From Oscillospiraceae bacterium (GTDB lineage: Bacteria; Bacillota; Clostridia; Oscillospirales; Ruminococcaceae): a stretch of DNA of 64,000 nt. Made by a program: the position numbers and the translations under genes. The notes under the pieces are model-generated. The model searched no databases, was not told the origin of the DNA, and saw nothing but the letters and a program-made list of their open reading frames with translations. Shown piece by piece: positions 1 to 8,043 of the stretch (position 1 is the first letter of the stretch; each line of letters begins with the position of its first letter). The stretch covers positions 43,719 to 107,718 of the forward strand of contig CAAGJI010000041.1 in the NCBI GenBank assembly GCA_900770195.1. Reading direction: 5' to 3'.

Positions 1-640
1 TGATGAAAAAAAAGACTTTTCACCTGTTATAAAAAAGGCTCTCGAATGCGGCGGATACAAAGAAGACAGGCATATGACAGGTATGAACGGCGGAAGTTTT
101 GTTACAACAGGCTTTGCAAGAAATGCTGTTCTGGCAAATGCTGAAAAAATTATTAGCCTTGTTAAACAGGGAAAAATAAAACATTTCTTTTTAATAGGCG
201 GCTGCGATGGTGCATCCTCAAGCAGAAGTTATTACACGGATTTTGCAAAACTTACTCCGCCTGACACAATAATTTTAACTCTTGCCTGCGGAAAGTACAG
301 ACTGAACGACCTTGATCTGGGAGATATAGAAGGTATTCCGAGAATACTTGACTGCGGTCAGTGCAATGATGCATACAGTGCCTTAGAAATTGCTTCATCT
401 CTTGCAAATGCTTTTGAATGCAGTGTCAACGAACTTCCGCTTACACTCGTTCTGTCGTGGTATGAACAAAAAGCAATTTGCATTCTGCTTTCTCTTCTCT
501 GGCTTGGAATTAAAAATATCTATATAGGTCCGACAATTCCTGCCTTTATTTCCCCTGCTGTTTTGAAAATACTTGTTGAAAAATATTCACTTACACCAAT
601 AGACACACCTGAAAATGATATCAAAAAAATTCTTGGATAA
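1..640 (+). CDS. hcp: Hybrid-cluster protein / hydroxylamine reductase, C-terminal fragment (gene starts upstream of window)
   Basis: The reading frame is open from nt 2 with no stop. The product is cysteine-rich (FFLIGGCDGASS, ILDCGQCNDAY), as expected for a hybrid-cluster protein C-terminus. Stop codon at 638-640. Confidence 0.75.
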   Translation, partial: DEKKDFSPVIKKALECGGYKEDRHMTGMNGGSFVTTGFARNAVLANAEKIISLVKQGKIKHFFLIGGCDGASSSRSYYTDFAKLTPPDTIILTLACGKYRLNDLDLGDIEGIPRILDCGQCNDAYSALEIASSLANAFECSVNELPLTLVLSWYEQKAICILLSLLWLGIKNIYIGPTIPAFISPAVLKILVEKYSLTPIDTPENDIKKILG

Positions 641-647
641 ACAAAAA

Positions 648-679
648 AGAAACCTCCGCAAAAGAGGTTTCTTTTATTT
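648..679. terminator. Bidirectional rho-independent terminator between the convergent hcp and aminotransferase genes
   Basis: Stem agaaacctc / gaggtttct with loop cgcaaaa. The hairpin is flanked by T-runs on both strands. Confidence 0.6.
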
Positions 680-689
680 CTGTAATATA

Positions 690-1850
690 TTACTTTTTAA
701 GTTTATTTATTGAATGAAGTCTGTCAAGTGCTTCATTTAATGTTTCATCTTTCTTTGCATAGTGGAATCTTATATATCTGTTTTCAGGTTCTCTGAAGAA
801 ACTTGAACCCGGAACAGCTCCAACACCAACCTTTTCAGCAAGTTTTTCACAGAAATCAAGGTCGCTGTCATAGCCAAATTCTGAAATGTCAACAAGAATA
901 TAGTATGCACCCTGCGGAATAGTATGAACAAGTCCCACATCGTCAAGACCTTTTATGAATAGATTTCTCATATGAGTGTATTTATCCTGTAAAGCCTTGT
1001 AATATTCATCACCAAAGTTAAGACCTGTTACAGCAGCTTCCTGCAACGGTGCAGCTGCACCAACTGTCAAAAAGTCGTGAACTTTTCTGATTGTGTCTGT
1101 AATTTCAGGAGGTGCGATGCAATAGCCAAGACGCCAGCCTGTTATAGAATAAGTTTTTGAAAGTGAACTGCATGAAATTGTTCTCTCTCTCATTCCAGGA
1201 AGTGATGCAAAATAAATATGCTTATACGGTTCATAAACTATATGTTCATAAACCTCATCTGTAATTACAAATGTATCATATTTTTCTGCAAAATCAGCTA
1301 TTGTTTTAAGTTCTTCAAGTGTGAAAACTTTTCCGCACGGATTTGAAGGATTACAAAGAATAATTGCCTTTGGATTCTGTTTGAATGCATTTTCAAGAAC
1401 ATCAACATCAAATGAAAATTCAGGCGGTACAAGCGGAACATATATAGGTTCTGCACCTGAAAGAATTGTATCAGCACCGTAATTTTCATAGAAAGGTGAG
1501 AAAATAATTACCTTTTCACCAGGATTTACAACAGACATCATTGCTGCCATCATTGCTTCTGTGCTTCCGCAAGTAACAACAATTTCGCTATTTGGGTCAA
1601 TATCGAATCCCATAAGTTTTGACTGTTTTCTTGCAACAGCTTCTCTGAAATTCTGTGCCCCCCAGGTTATTGAATACTGATGAAAATTTTCTTTTGTAAC
1701 TTCAGCAAGTCTGTCCAGAATTTCCTTTGGCGGATCAAAATCAGGAAATCCCTGTGAAAGATTTACCGCACCGTATTTATTTGAAATTCTTGTCATTCTT
1801 CTTATTACTGAATCTGTGAAACCTGCTGTTCTGTTTGATAAACTTGGCAT
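690..1850 (-). CDS. Class I/II PLP-dependent aminotransferase
   Basis: Aminotransferase fold-type I hallmarks are present (SLSKTYSITGWRLGY with the lysine, and ...NPSNPCGKV...). The chosen start is the ATG at 1850, preceded by GGAGGAA. The ORF-track start at 1898 lacks an RBS. Confidence 0.85.
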   Translation of the reverse strand: MPSLSNRTAGFTDSVIRRMTRISNKYGAVNLSQGFPDFDPPKEILDRLAEVTKENFHQYSITWGAQNFREAVARKQSKLMGFDIDPNSEIVVTCGSTEAMMAAMMSVVNPGEKVIIFSPFYENYGADTILSGAEPIYVPLVPPEFSFDVDVLENAFKQNPKAIILCNPSNPCGKVFTLEELKTIADFAEKYDTFVITDEVYEHIVYEPYKHIYFASLPGMRERTISCSSLSKTYSITGWRLGYCIAPPEITDTIRKVHDFLTVGAAAPLQEAAVTGLNFGDEYYKALQDKYTHMRNLFIKGLDDVGLVHTIPQGAYYILVDISEFGYDSDLDFCEKLAEKVGVGAVPGSSFFREPENRYIRFHYAKKDETLNEALDRLHSINKLKK

Positions 1851-1867
1851 TTTACATTTCCTCCTGT

Positions 1868-2755
1868 TTAATTCCACTGACTGTCTATCATTTTCCACTT
1901 TGCATCTCTTGACTTCACTATAATATCAATATCACTTGAATCAAGATGTCTGAATCTTCCCTGTTTTTTAAGGTAATCTTCAACAGATGTAAATTCTTTT
2001 GGTCTGTGTGTTACTTTAAATTCACCATTTTCATATTCTGCAAGATACCAGAGTCCGCAGTCAACAATTTCTCTTGAAACATTAACTGTTTCGCTGACAT
2101 CAACACCCCAGCCTGTCGGACAAGGTGCAATTACATGAATATATTTTGTGCCTTTTATTTTTGATGCCTTTTCAACTTTATTAAGAAAATCGCTCATATA
2201 TCCTACACTTGCTGTTGCTGCATATGGTATCCCATGTGCGGCAACTATTTCAAACATATTTTTCTTCTGATGAAGGTTTCCGTGTATATTTTTTCCCGCA
2301 GGTGTTGTTGTTGTTTTTGCACCAAACGGAGTAAGACCGCTTTTTTGAATACCTGTATTCATATATGCTTCATTATCATAACATATATAGATTATGTTAT
2401 CATTTCTGTCAATAGCACCTGACAAAGCCTGTATACCTATATCAGCTGTACCGCCATCGCCTGCAAAACCTACTGCTTTAAAATCCTCTCTGCCTAATGC
2501 ACGAAGTCCTGCCTCAACACCTGTCAGCATTGATGCTGTTCCTGCAAATGTTGAAATAATTGCATTATTTGAAAAGCAAAGCTGAGGAAAGTTGAAACTT
2601 ACCGCTGACATACATCCTGCCGGCAAAACTGCAACTGCATTCTGTCCAAGAACTTTAAGTGCGTTTCTTACTGCAAGGCTTCCGCCACAACCTGCACAGG
2701 CTTTATGTCCATAGAAATATTCTTCTCTTGAAATATTTTTTGCTGTAATACTCAA
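1868..2755 (-). CDS. porB: 2-oxoacid:ferredoxin oxidoreductase beta subunit (TPP-binding)
   Basis: GHKACAGCGG and GDGG TPP-binding motifs. The likely start is a TTG at 2755 with a GGGGAGG RBS. This start overlaps the 3-prime end of porA. Confidence 0.85.
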   Translation of the reverse strand: MSITAKNISREEYFYGHKACAGCGGSLAVRNALKVLGQNAVAVLPAGCMSAVSFNFPQLCFSNNAIISTFAGTASMLTGVEAGLRALGREDFKAVGFAGDGGTADIGIQALSGAIDRNDNIIYICYDNEAYMNTGIQKSGLTPFGAKTTTTPAGKNIHGNLHQKKNMFEIVAAHGIPYAATASVGYMSDFLNKVEKASKIKGTKYIHVIAPCPTGWGVDVSETVNVSREIVDCGLWYLAEYENGEFKVTHRPKEFTSVEDYLKKQGRFRHLDSSDIDIIVKSRDAKWKMIDSQWN

Positions 2756-2771
2756 TTTCTTTGCCTCCCCA

Positions 2772-3923
2772 CTAAATGAAATTAACAAAATCTATATCTT
2801 TATCATCTGATAAAGAAAGATAAATATTTTCAATATCTTTTTCTGAAATATTTTTTCCGCCAAGTCCGCCGACAAAATTATAGCTTTTAACAAACGCACC
2901 GTATTTCAGAAGTGCAGAGTTGACGTTTGAATAAACAGTTCCCTCATTCCCAAATGAAATATCTTTTTCAAGAACTGCAACTGCTTTTGCATTTTTAACT
3001 GCCTTTGCTATTTTTTCGGATGGGAAAGGTCTTAAATATCTTATTCTTAAAACACCTGCTTTAATGCCTTTTTCTCTTAATTCATCAGCTATTTTTTTGC
3101 AAAGCCCTGCAATACTTCCAAGTGTGATTATAATAAAATCAGCATCTTCTGTTTTATATTCTTCAATCGGACCTGTATATTTTCTTCCGAAAATTTTTGC
3201 AAACTTTTCTTCTGCTTCATCAATTGCAGCAAAAGCATTAAGCATCCCTTCGTGTTCTTTTTGCTTAAAAATATAATTATATTCAGGACCTGCTGAAAAT
3301 CCTGCATTCTGCGGATTATCAAGGTCAAGTTTGTTTGTTGTTTCGTAAGGTGGTAAAAATGCATCTGCCTGTTCGTGTGTAGGAACATCAACCGTTTCAT
3401 ATGTATGAGTTAAAACAAAACCATCAAGATTTGCCATATATGGAGTTAAAACATCAGGTTTTTCAGCTATATAATAACTCATCAACGCAAGGTCAAGGCT
3501 TTCCTGTGCATTTTCTGCATATGCCTGTATCCAGCCTGAATCAAGCTGTGAAATGCTGTCACGCTGATCGCCGTAAATATTCCATGGAAGTGCTGTTGAA
3601 CGGTTTGCGTTCATCATAACAATAGGGTATCTTCCGCCTGATGCGTATGTAAGACATTCCGCCATATAAAGAAGTCCCTGTGATGATGTTGCTGTAAATG
3701 CCCTTGCACCTACTGAACTTGCACCAATTGCACATGATAACGCTGAATGTTCAGATTCAACGTGAATAAATTCAGATTTAAGACTTCCGTCTTCAACCAT
3801 TTCTGAAAGTCTTTCAACAACTATTGTTTGAGGTGTTATAGGATACGCTGAAATTACATGCGGTTTTGCAAGCCTTATTCCCTCTGCAAAAGCCTCATTT
3901 CCCGAAAGATATTTCTTTGCCAT
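2772..3923 (-). CDS. porA: 2-oxoacid:ferredoxin oxidoreductase alpha subunit
   Basis: N-terminus MAKKYLSGNEAFAEGIRLA... is typical of POR/VOR alpha subunits. The start overlaps the porD stop by 1 nt. Confidence 0.85.
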   Translation of the reverse strand: MAKKYLSGNEAFAEGIRLAKPHVISAYPITPQTIVVERLSEMVEDGSLKSEFIHVESEHSALSCAIGASSVGARAFTATSSQGLLYMAECLTYASGGRYPIVMMNANRSTALPWNIYGDQRDSISQLDSGWIQAYAENAQESLDLALMSYYIAEKPDVLTPYMANLDGFVLTHTYETVDVPTHEQADAFLPPYETTNKLDLDNPQNAGFSAGPEYNYIFKQKEHEGMLNAFAAIDEAEEKFAKIFGRKYTGPIEEYKTEDADFIIITLGSIAGLCKKIADELREKGIKAGVLRIRYLRPFPSEKIAKAVKNAKAVAVLEKDISFGNEGTVYSNVNSALLKYGAFVKSYNFVGGLGGKNISEKDIENIYLSLSDDKDIDFVNFI

Positions 3924-4213
3924 TACTTTTCCTCCTCAAGACTTATTGCATCAAGTTTGCACATTTTTACACATATTCCGCAACCTTTGCAGAAATTATA
4001 ATCAATATCCATTTTTCCGTCTTTTTCAGAAATGACCCCGTCAGGACAGTAAAAATAACACTGCATACAGCCGACACATTTATCATTATTTATAACAGGA
4101 CGCTTATTTCTCCATTCGCCATTTGTGCTTACAAGATAACCTGCTTCATAGGTACAGCCTTCAGGTATTTCATTTGCACCAAAAACTTTTTTATCTCTTA
4201 TATATGGTTTCAT
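3923..4213 (-). CDS. porD: 2-oxoacid:ferredoxin oxidoreductase delta subunit (2x[4Fe-4S] ferredoxin)
   Basis: Two CxxCxxCxxxCP motifs (CVGCMQCYFYCP, CKGCGICVKMC). ATGA overlap with porG. Confidence 0.85.
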   Translation of the reverse strand: MKPYIRDKKVFGANEIPEGCTYEAGYLVSTNGEWRNKRPVINNDKCVGCMQCYFYCPDGVISEKDGKMDIDYNFCKGCGICVKMCKLDAISLEEEK

Positions 4214-4713
4214 TGTGCTGCCTCCTGTACCGCATTTTTATTTTTTTCTCTTATTCTTTCAGGCATATATTTTTCTATTGCCGTTTTAAGTTCATCAACT
4301 GAAACAAGGTCACAAAATTTTGTGAGATACCCTGCCATAACCGTATTTACAACAGGAAGTCTTAATTTCTGTGCAAGTGCCGAACCATCAAATGAAATTG
4401 CATTTTCATATTCCGATGATGAATTTATAATCAAAGTTCCGTTTTCTTTAAGGTGTTCTCTTATTGAATCATTATACAAAGTTTCATCGAGTATAACAAC
4501 ATAGTCAGCTTTTTCAGTCTGACTTCTGTCTGAAACTCTTTTGCTGTCAAGTTTTGTAAATGCACGAACAGGTGCACCTCTTCTTTCAGGTCCGAATGAC
4601 GGGAAAGACAGTGAATATGCATTATCGCCATTTTCAATATAGGCAGCACCGAACAGTTTTGCTGCTGTAAAAGCACCCTGTCCACCTCTGCCGATCCAGA
4701 TTATTTCTTTCAT
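4210..4713 (-). CDS. porG: 2-oxoacid:ferredoxin oxidoreductase gamma subunit
   Basis: IWIGRGGQG motif. The start is the ATG at 4713, with GGTGG 10 nt upstream. Confidence 0.85.
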   Translation of the reverse strand: MKEIIWIGRGGQGAFTAAKLFGAAYIENGDNAYSLSFPSFGPERRGAPVRAFTKLDSKRVSDRSQTEKADYVVILDETLYNDSIREHLKENGTLIINSSSEYENAISFDGSALAQKLRLPVVNTVMAGYLTKFCDLVSVDELKTAIEKYMPERIREKNKNAVQEAAQ

Positions 4714-4847
4714 ATTTATCATACCACCATTACATTATTGTAAATTAAATTATACCCCAAATTCCTACATTTGTCCAATATCATATATCTATTGTATGTT
4801 ATAGATACAGACTATAACGCACTGTATTTTAATTTAATGAATCTATA

Positions 4848-5783
4848 TCATTCTGAACTTTTTGTAAGATTTGAAAGATACTCTTTTATACTTTCAATAT
4901 ATCTCTGTCCTGTATTGCTGAGAATCATATTTTTTCTTATTACATAGCCAATTTCCATATTTCCGCCTGCTTCTGACTCACTTACATCAAGCGGTATCGC
5001 TATGTAATCTGTTCCGTTAAGTTCTTCGCAAATTATTCCCGAACAGAGCGTAAAACCGTTTAATCCCACCATAAGATTAAGCATTGTCGCTCTGTCATTT
5101 GCCTTGATTGTTTTCTTGTAATTATTCGTGCTTAAAATTTCTTCCGAAAGATAAAATGAATTTGTATTTCCCTGTTCAAATGAAAGACAAGGGTATTCAT
5201 CAAGTTCTTCAAGAGTAATTATTTTATTATTTGCAAGGGGATGATTTTTCCATATGTAAACATAAGCTTTGCATTCTATTATATGGTGAAACTCAAGTTC
5301 ATTTGATTTTAAAAGCTTCATCATTGATTTTCTGTTGAAATCATTAAGATAAAGTATGCCTATTTCACTTCTCATAGTGTTGACATCTTCAATTACTTCT
5401 CTTGTTTTTGTTTCTCTTATGGCAAATTCAAATTCATTAAGGTCAAAGTCTTTTACCATTTCAACGAAAGCTTTTACCGCAAAAGAATAATGCTGTGTTG
5501 AAACACCGAATTTTTTCTTTAAATTTCCGCCTTCTCCATATTTTTCTTTTATTATGTCATACTGATTATAAAGCTGTCTTGCATAAAGAAGGAATTCTGT
5601 GCCATCATTTGTTAAAGTAACTCCCCTGCCGCTTCTGTTGAAAATTGTTATTCCAAGTTCTTTTTCAAGTTCTTTCACTGCAACAGTAAGTGATGGCTGA
5701 CTTATGTAAAGTTCTTCCGCTGCTTTATTAAATGAATTTGTTTCAGATATTTTTATAACATAATTAAGCTGCTGTAAAGTCAA
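4848..5783 (-). CDS. LysR-family transcriptional regulator
   Basis: N-terminal HTH (TLQQLNYVIKISETNSFNKAAEELYISQPSLTVAVKELE). The likely start is a TTG at 5783 with an AGGAGA RBS 9 nt upstream. The ORF-track N-terminal extension runs through the tRNA terminator and is therefore unlikely. Confidence 0.8.
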   Translation of the reverse strand: MTLQQLNYVIKISETNSFNKAAEELYISQPSLTVAVKELEKELGITIFNRSGRGVTLTNDGTEFLLYARQLYNQYDIIKEKYGEGGNLKKKFGVSTQHYSFAVKAFVEMVKDFDLNEFEFAIRETKTREVIEDVNTMRSEIGILYLNDFNRKSMMKLLKSNELEFHHIIECKAYVYIWKNHPLANNKIITLEELDEYPCLSFEQGNTNSFYLSEEILSTNNYKKTIKANDRATMLNLMVGLNGFTLCSGIICEELNGTDYIAIPLDVSESEAGGNMEIGYVIRKNMILSNTGQRYIESIKEYLSNLTKSSE

Positions 5784-5807
5784 TTCTTTCCATCTCCTAT
5801 TTTTATG

Positions 5808-5841
5808 TAATAAAAAATGCTCTGATACAAAATCAGAGCAT
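5808..5841 (-). terminator. Rho-independent terminator downstream of the tRNA-Gln pair
   Basis: 10-bp perfect stem atgctctgat / atcagagcat with loop acaaa. On the minus strand it is followed by TTTTTTATT. Confidence 0.65.
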
Positions 5842-5848
5842 TTCACTT

Positions 5849-5924
5849 TGGTTGGGGTGGAAGGATTCGAACCCTCGGAATGGAAGAGTCAGAGTCTTCT
5901 GCCTTACCACTTGGCGACACCCCA
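5849..5924 (-). tRNA. tRNA-Gln (anticodon CUG), copy 1
   Basis: Folded by hand. Acceptor stem TGGGGTG/CACCCCA plus discriminator A plus encoded CCA. D-arm GCC..GGC. Anticodon loop CUCUGAC. T-arm GAGGGTTCGAATCCTTC. Confidence 0.85.
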
Positions 5925-5975
5925 ATCTGTTTGTTAAAGCTAAAATGCCCTGACCGAAATCAAAACATTTTAATT

Positions 5976-6051
5976 TGGTTGGGGTGGAAGGATTCGAACC
6001 CTCGGAATGGAAGAGTCAGAGTCTTCTGCCTTACCACTTGGCGACACCCCA
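5976..6051 (-). tRNA. tRNA-Gln (anticodon CUG), copy 2 (identical to copy 1)
   Basis: The 76 nt are identical to copy 1, placed 127 nt upstream of it on the minus strand. Confidence 0.85.
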
Positions 6052-6103
6052 GCCTGTAAACGCACACAAACCGCATTTCCGTTTGTTGCACTCAACGCAT
6101 TAT

Positions 6104-6132
6104 ATTATACCACAAGATTTTTTGAATGTCAA
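6104..6132 (-). promoter_or_regulatory. Sigma-A consensus promoter for the tRNA-Gln pair
   Basis: On the minus strand: TTGACA (6132-6127), a 17-bp spacer, then TATAAT (6109-6104). Confidence 0.6.
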
Positions 6133-6242
6133 GTGATTTTTTTCAGTTTGTGCAATATATATATATTCAACAGTTTTATTTGTATTAATATTACAAATCA
6201 ATTGAAAAAGCTTTCTTTTTTCAGGAATTAATCGTTTTTTTC

Positions 6243-6271
6243 TTGACATAAAAAGTGATATATGGTAAAAT
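6243..6271 (+). promoter_or_regulatory. Promoter for the HD-domain / membrane protein operon
   Basis: TTGACA, a 17-bp spacer, then TAAAAT. It is divergent from the tRNA promoter. Confidence 0.45.
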
Positions 6272-6351
6272 TATATGTGGATTATATAGTATTTACTAAA
6301 TTGGCATAAGTTAAAGATATTGGCATTTAGACAATAAGTCAGGAGAACTTT

Positions 6352-6834
6352 ATGTTATACAAAAAATTTGCAGACGATATAAAAGACCTTTTAAACAACG
6401 AAAGAGTCAAAAGTATGGCGGCGTTTACTCAACATTCAGATGTGTCATGTTTAAAACATTGCCTGCACGTTGCTATAATGAGTTACATTATATGCAAAAA
6501 ATTAAAATTTAATGAAAGCAGCTGTCGTAATGTTGCAAGAGGTGCATTGCTTCACGATATGTTCCTTTACGACTGGCACGACAAAAATCACGGTGAATTG
6601 CATGGTTTCAGACACCCTGCAATTGCACTTAAAAAAGCGGAAAAATATGTTGATGACTTAACAGATTGTCAAAAGGATATTATTCTTAATCATATGTGGC
6701 CGCTTACAATATACCGCATACCTCACCGCAAGGAAACTTATGTGGTTGTTTTAACAGATAAAATCTGTACAATTCTTGAAGTTTTCAAAATGAAGAAAAT
6801 TAAACTATTCAGACAGGCTGAAAAACTTCTGTAA
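6352..6834 (+). CDS. HD-domain phosphohydrolase-like protein
   Basis: H..H ... HD ... D pattern (LKHCLHVAIMS ... GALLHDMF). RBS GGAGA. Confidence 0.65.
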   Translation: MLYKKFADDIKDLLNNERVKSMAAFTQHSDVSCLKHCLHVAIMSYIICKKLKFNESSCRNVARGALLHDMFLYDWHDKNHGELHGFRHPAIALKKAEKYVDDLTDCQKDIILNHMWPLTIYRIPHRKETYVVVLTDKICTILEVFKMKKIKLFRQAEKLL

Positions 6835-6853
6835 TTTTGTCTATAGGTGGAAA

Positions 6854-7591
6854 ATGGTTACTTATTTTTTTATATGGTTTATGCTTTACAGTTTTGTAGG
6901 CTGGCTGTATGAATCAACCTTATACACACTTATGACAGGTGAACCGACTAATTCAGGTTTTTTAAATGGTCCTTTCTGCCCTATTTACGGATTTGGTTCT
7001 GTTATGGGTATATTGATATTCTACGGAAAATCAGAATCCATAATTCAGATTTTTGCAATTTCGTTTATAGTTGAAGGAACTTTTGAGTTTGTAATAGGCA
7101 CAATACTTGAAGTTGTATTCCACAAAAAATGGTGGGACTATTCTGAACTTTCTTTTAATATAAAAGGAAGAGTCTGCCTTTTAAGCTGTACAGTTTTTGG
7201 TTTGCTTGTTATTCTCCTTGTTAAGGTTATTCATCCTTTTGTAGAATTTATTTCTTGTGCACTGCCTGAAAGATTTATATCAGGTATTGCTCTTGTACTT
7301 CTTTATGTACTTGTCAGAGATATTATTTTCACAATTGCTGCAATGTCAGATACAAATGATTCTTTTAAAAAATATCATAATGTCTGCCGAAGAATAAAAG
7401 CAAGTGATGAAAGGCTGAAAAATTTCATCTACAAAACGCTTTCAACCTCAAAAACTCTAAGCAATTTAATGGAACAGAGCAAAAAATTCACAGCAAAAAT
7501 GAATAAAAAAGAAGTTTCACGTGATTATGTTAAGCTTCACAAGATAGATTTTTCAGATTTAAAAGAAAGATTTATTGATTACTTTAAATAA
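6854..7591 (+). CDS. Integral membrane protein (putative ABC-transporter type IV / DUF1113-like family)
   Basis: Multiple TM segments and the motif WLYE...NGPFCPIYGFG. RBS GGTGGA. Confidence 0.5.
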   Translation: MVTYFFIWFMLYSFVGWLYESTLYTLMTGEPTNSGFLNGPFCPIYGFGSVMGILIFYGKSESIIQIFAISFIVEGTFEFVIGTILEVVFHKKWWDYSELSFNIKGRVCLLSCTVFGLLVILLVKVIHPFVEFISCALPERFISGIALVLLYVLVRDIIFTIAAMSDTNDSFKKYHNVCRRIKASDERLKNFIYKTLSTSKTLSNLMEQSKKFTAKMNKKEVSRDYVKLHKIDFSDLKERFIDYFK

Positions 7592-7600
7592 TAAAGTTCA

Positions 7601-7635
7601 GGCTGCATCTTAAAATATGATGCAGTCTTTTTTTA
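7601..7635 (+). terminator. Rho-independent terminator
   Basis: Stem ctgcatc / gatgcag followed by CTTTTTTT. Confidence 0.55.
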
Positions 7636-7644
7636 AAAATATAC

Positions 7645-7673
7645 TTGACATTTTTAGAGCAAAATAGTATAAT
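7645..7673 (+). promoter_or_regulatory. Sigma-A consensus promoter for the small protein plus P-type ATPase
   Basis: TTGACA, a 17-bp spacer, then TATAAT. Confidence 0.55.
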
Positions 7674-7750
7674 ATAAACTAAGTTAGAGATAACAGTATA
7701 AATTTACTGTTTTGAACCTGATTTTAAATTAAATTTGGAGGTAGATTGAT

Positions 7751-8014
7751 ATGTTAAAATGTTTTAAAAATGAAAAATTATGGTGTGCAATTGGCGGTGC
7801 TGCTGCACTTGTTGTCGGTAAAAAAATCCTTACTGCCAAGAAAACAAGAGAAATTGCTGTAAGCGGACTTGCAAAGGGAATGAAATTCCAGAATGATGCA
7901 AAGGCAAAGTTCCAGAGTATGAAAGATGAAGCTTCAGACATCTGCTATGATGCAAAAACAGAAGCAGGTCTTAATGATGATGTAACAGTTGAAGAAGAAA
8001 CAACTGAAGAATAA
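7751..8014 (+). CDS. Small hypothetical protein (87 aa) co-transcribed with the P1B-type ATPase
   Basis: Good RBS (GGAGG). It has an N-terminal hydrophobic segment and an acidic C-terminus. Confidence 0.5.
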   Translation: MLKCFKNEKLWCAIGGAAALVVGKKILTAKKTREIAVSGLAKGMKFQNDAKAKFQSMKDEASDICYDAKTEAGLNDDVTVEEETTEE

Positions 8015-8043
8015 TTTATTCTTAGAAAATGAAGTGATATAAT

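Noticed and set aside
6007-6231. 74-aa plus-strand ORF overlapping tRNA-Gln copy 2 and the tRNA promoter
   Set aside because: It overlaps a well-folded tRNA on the opposite strand and has no RBS. It is spurious.
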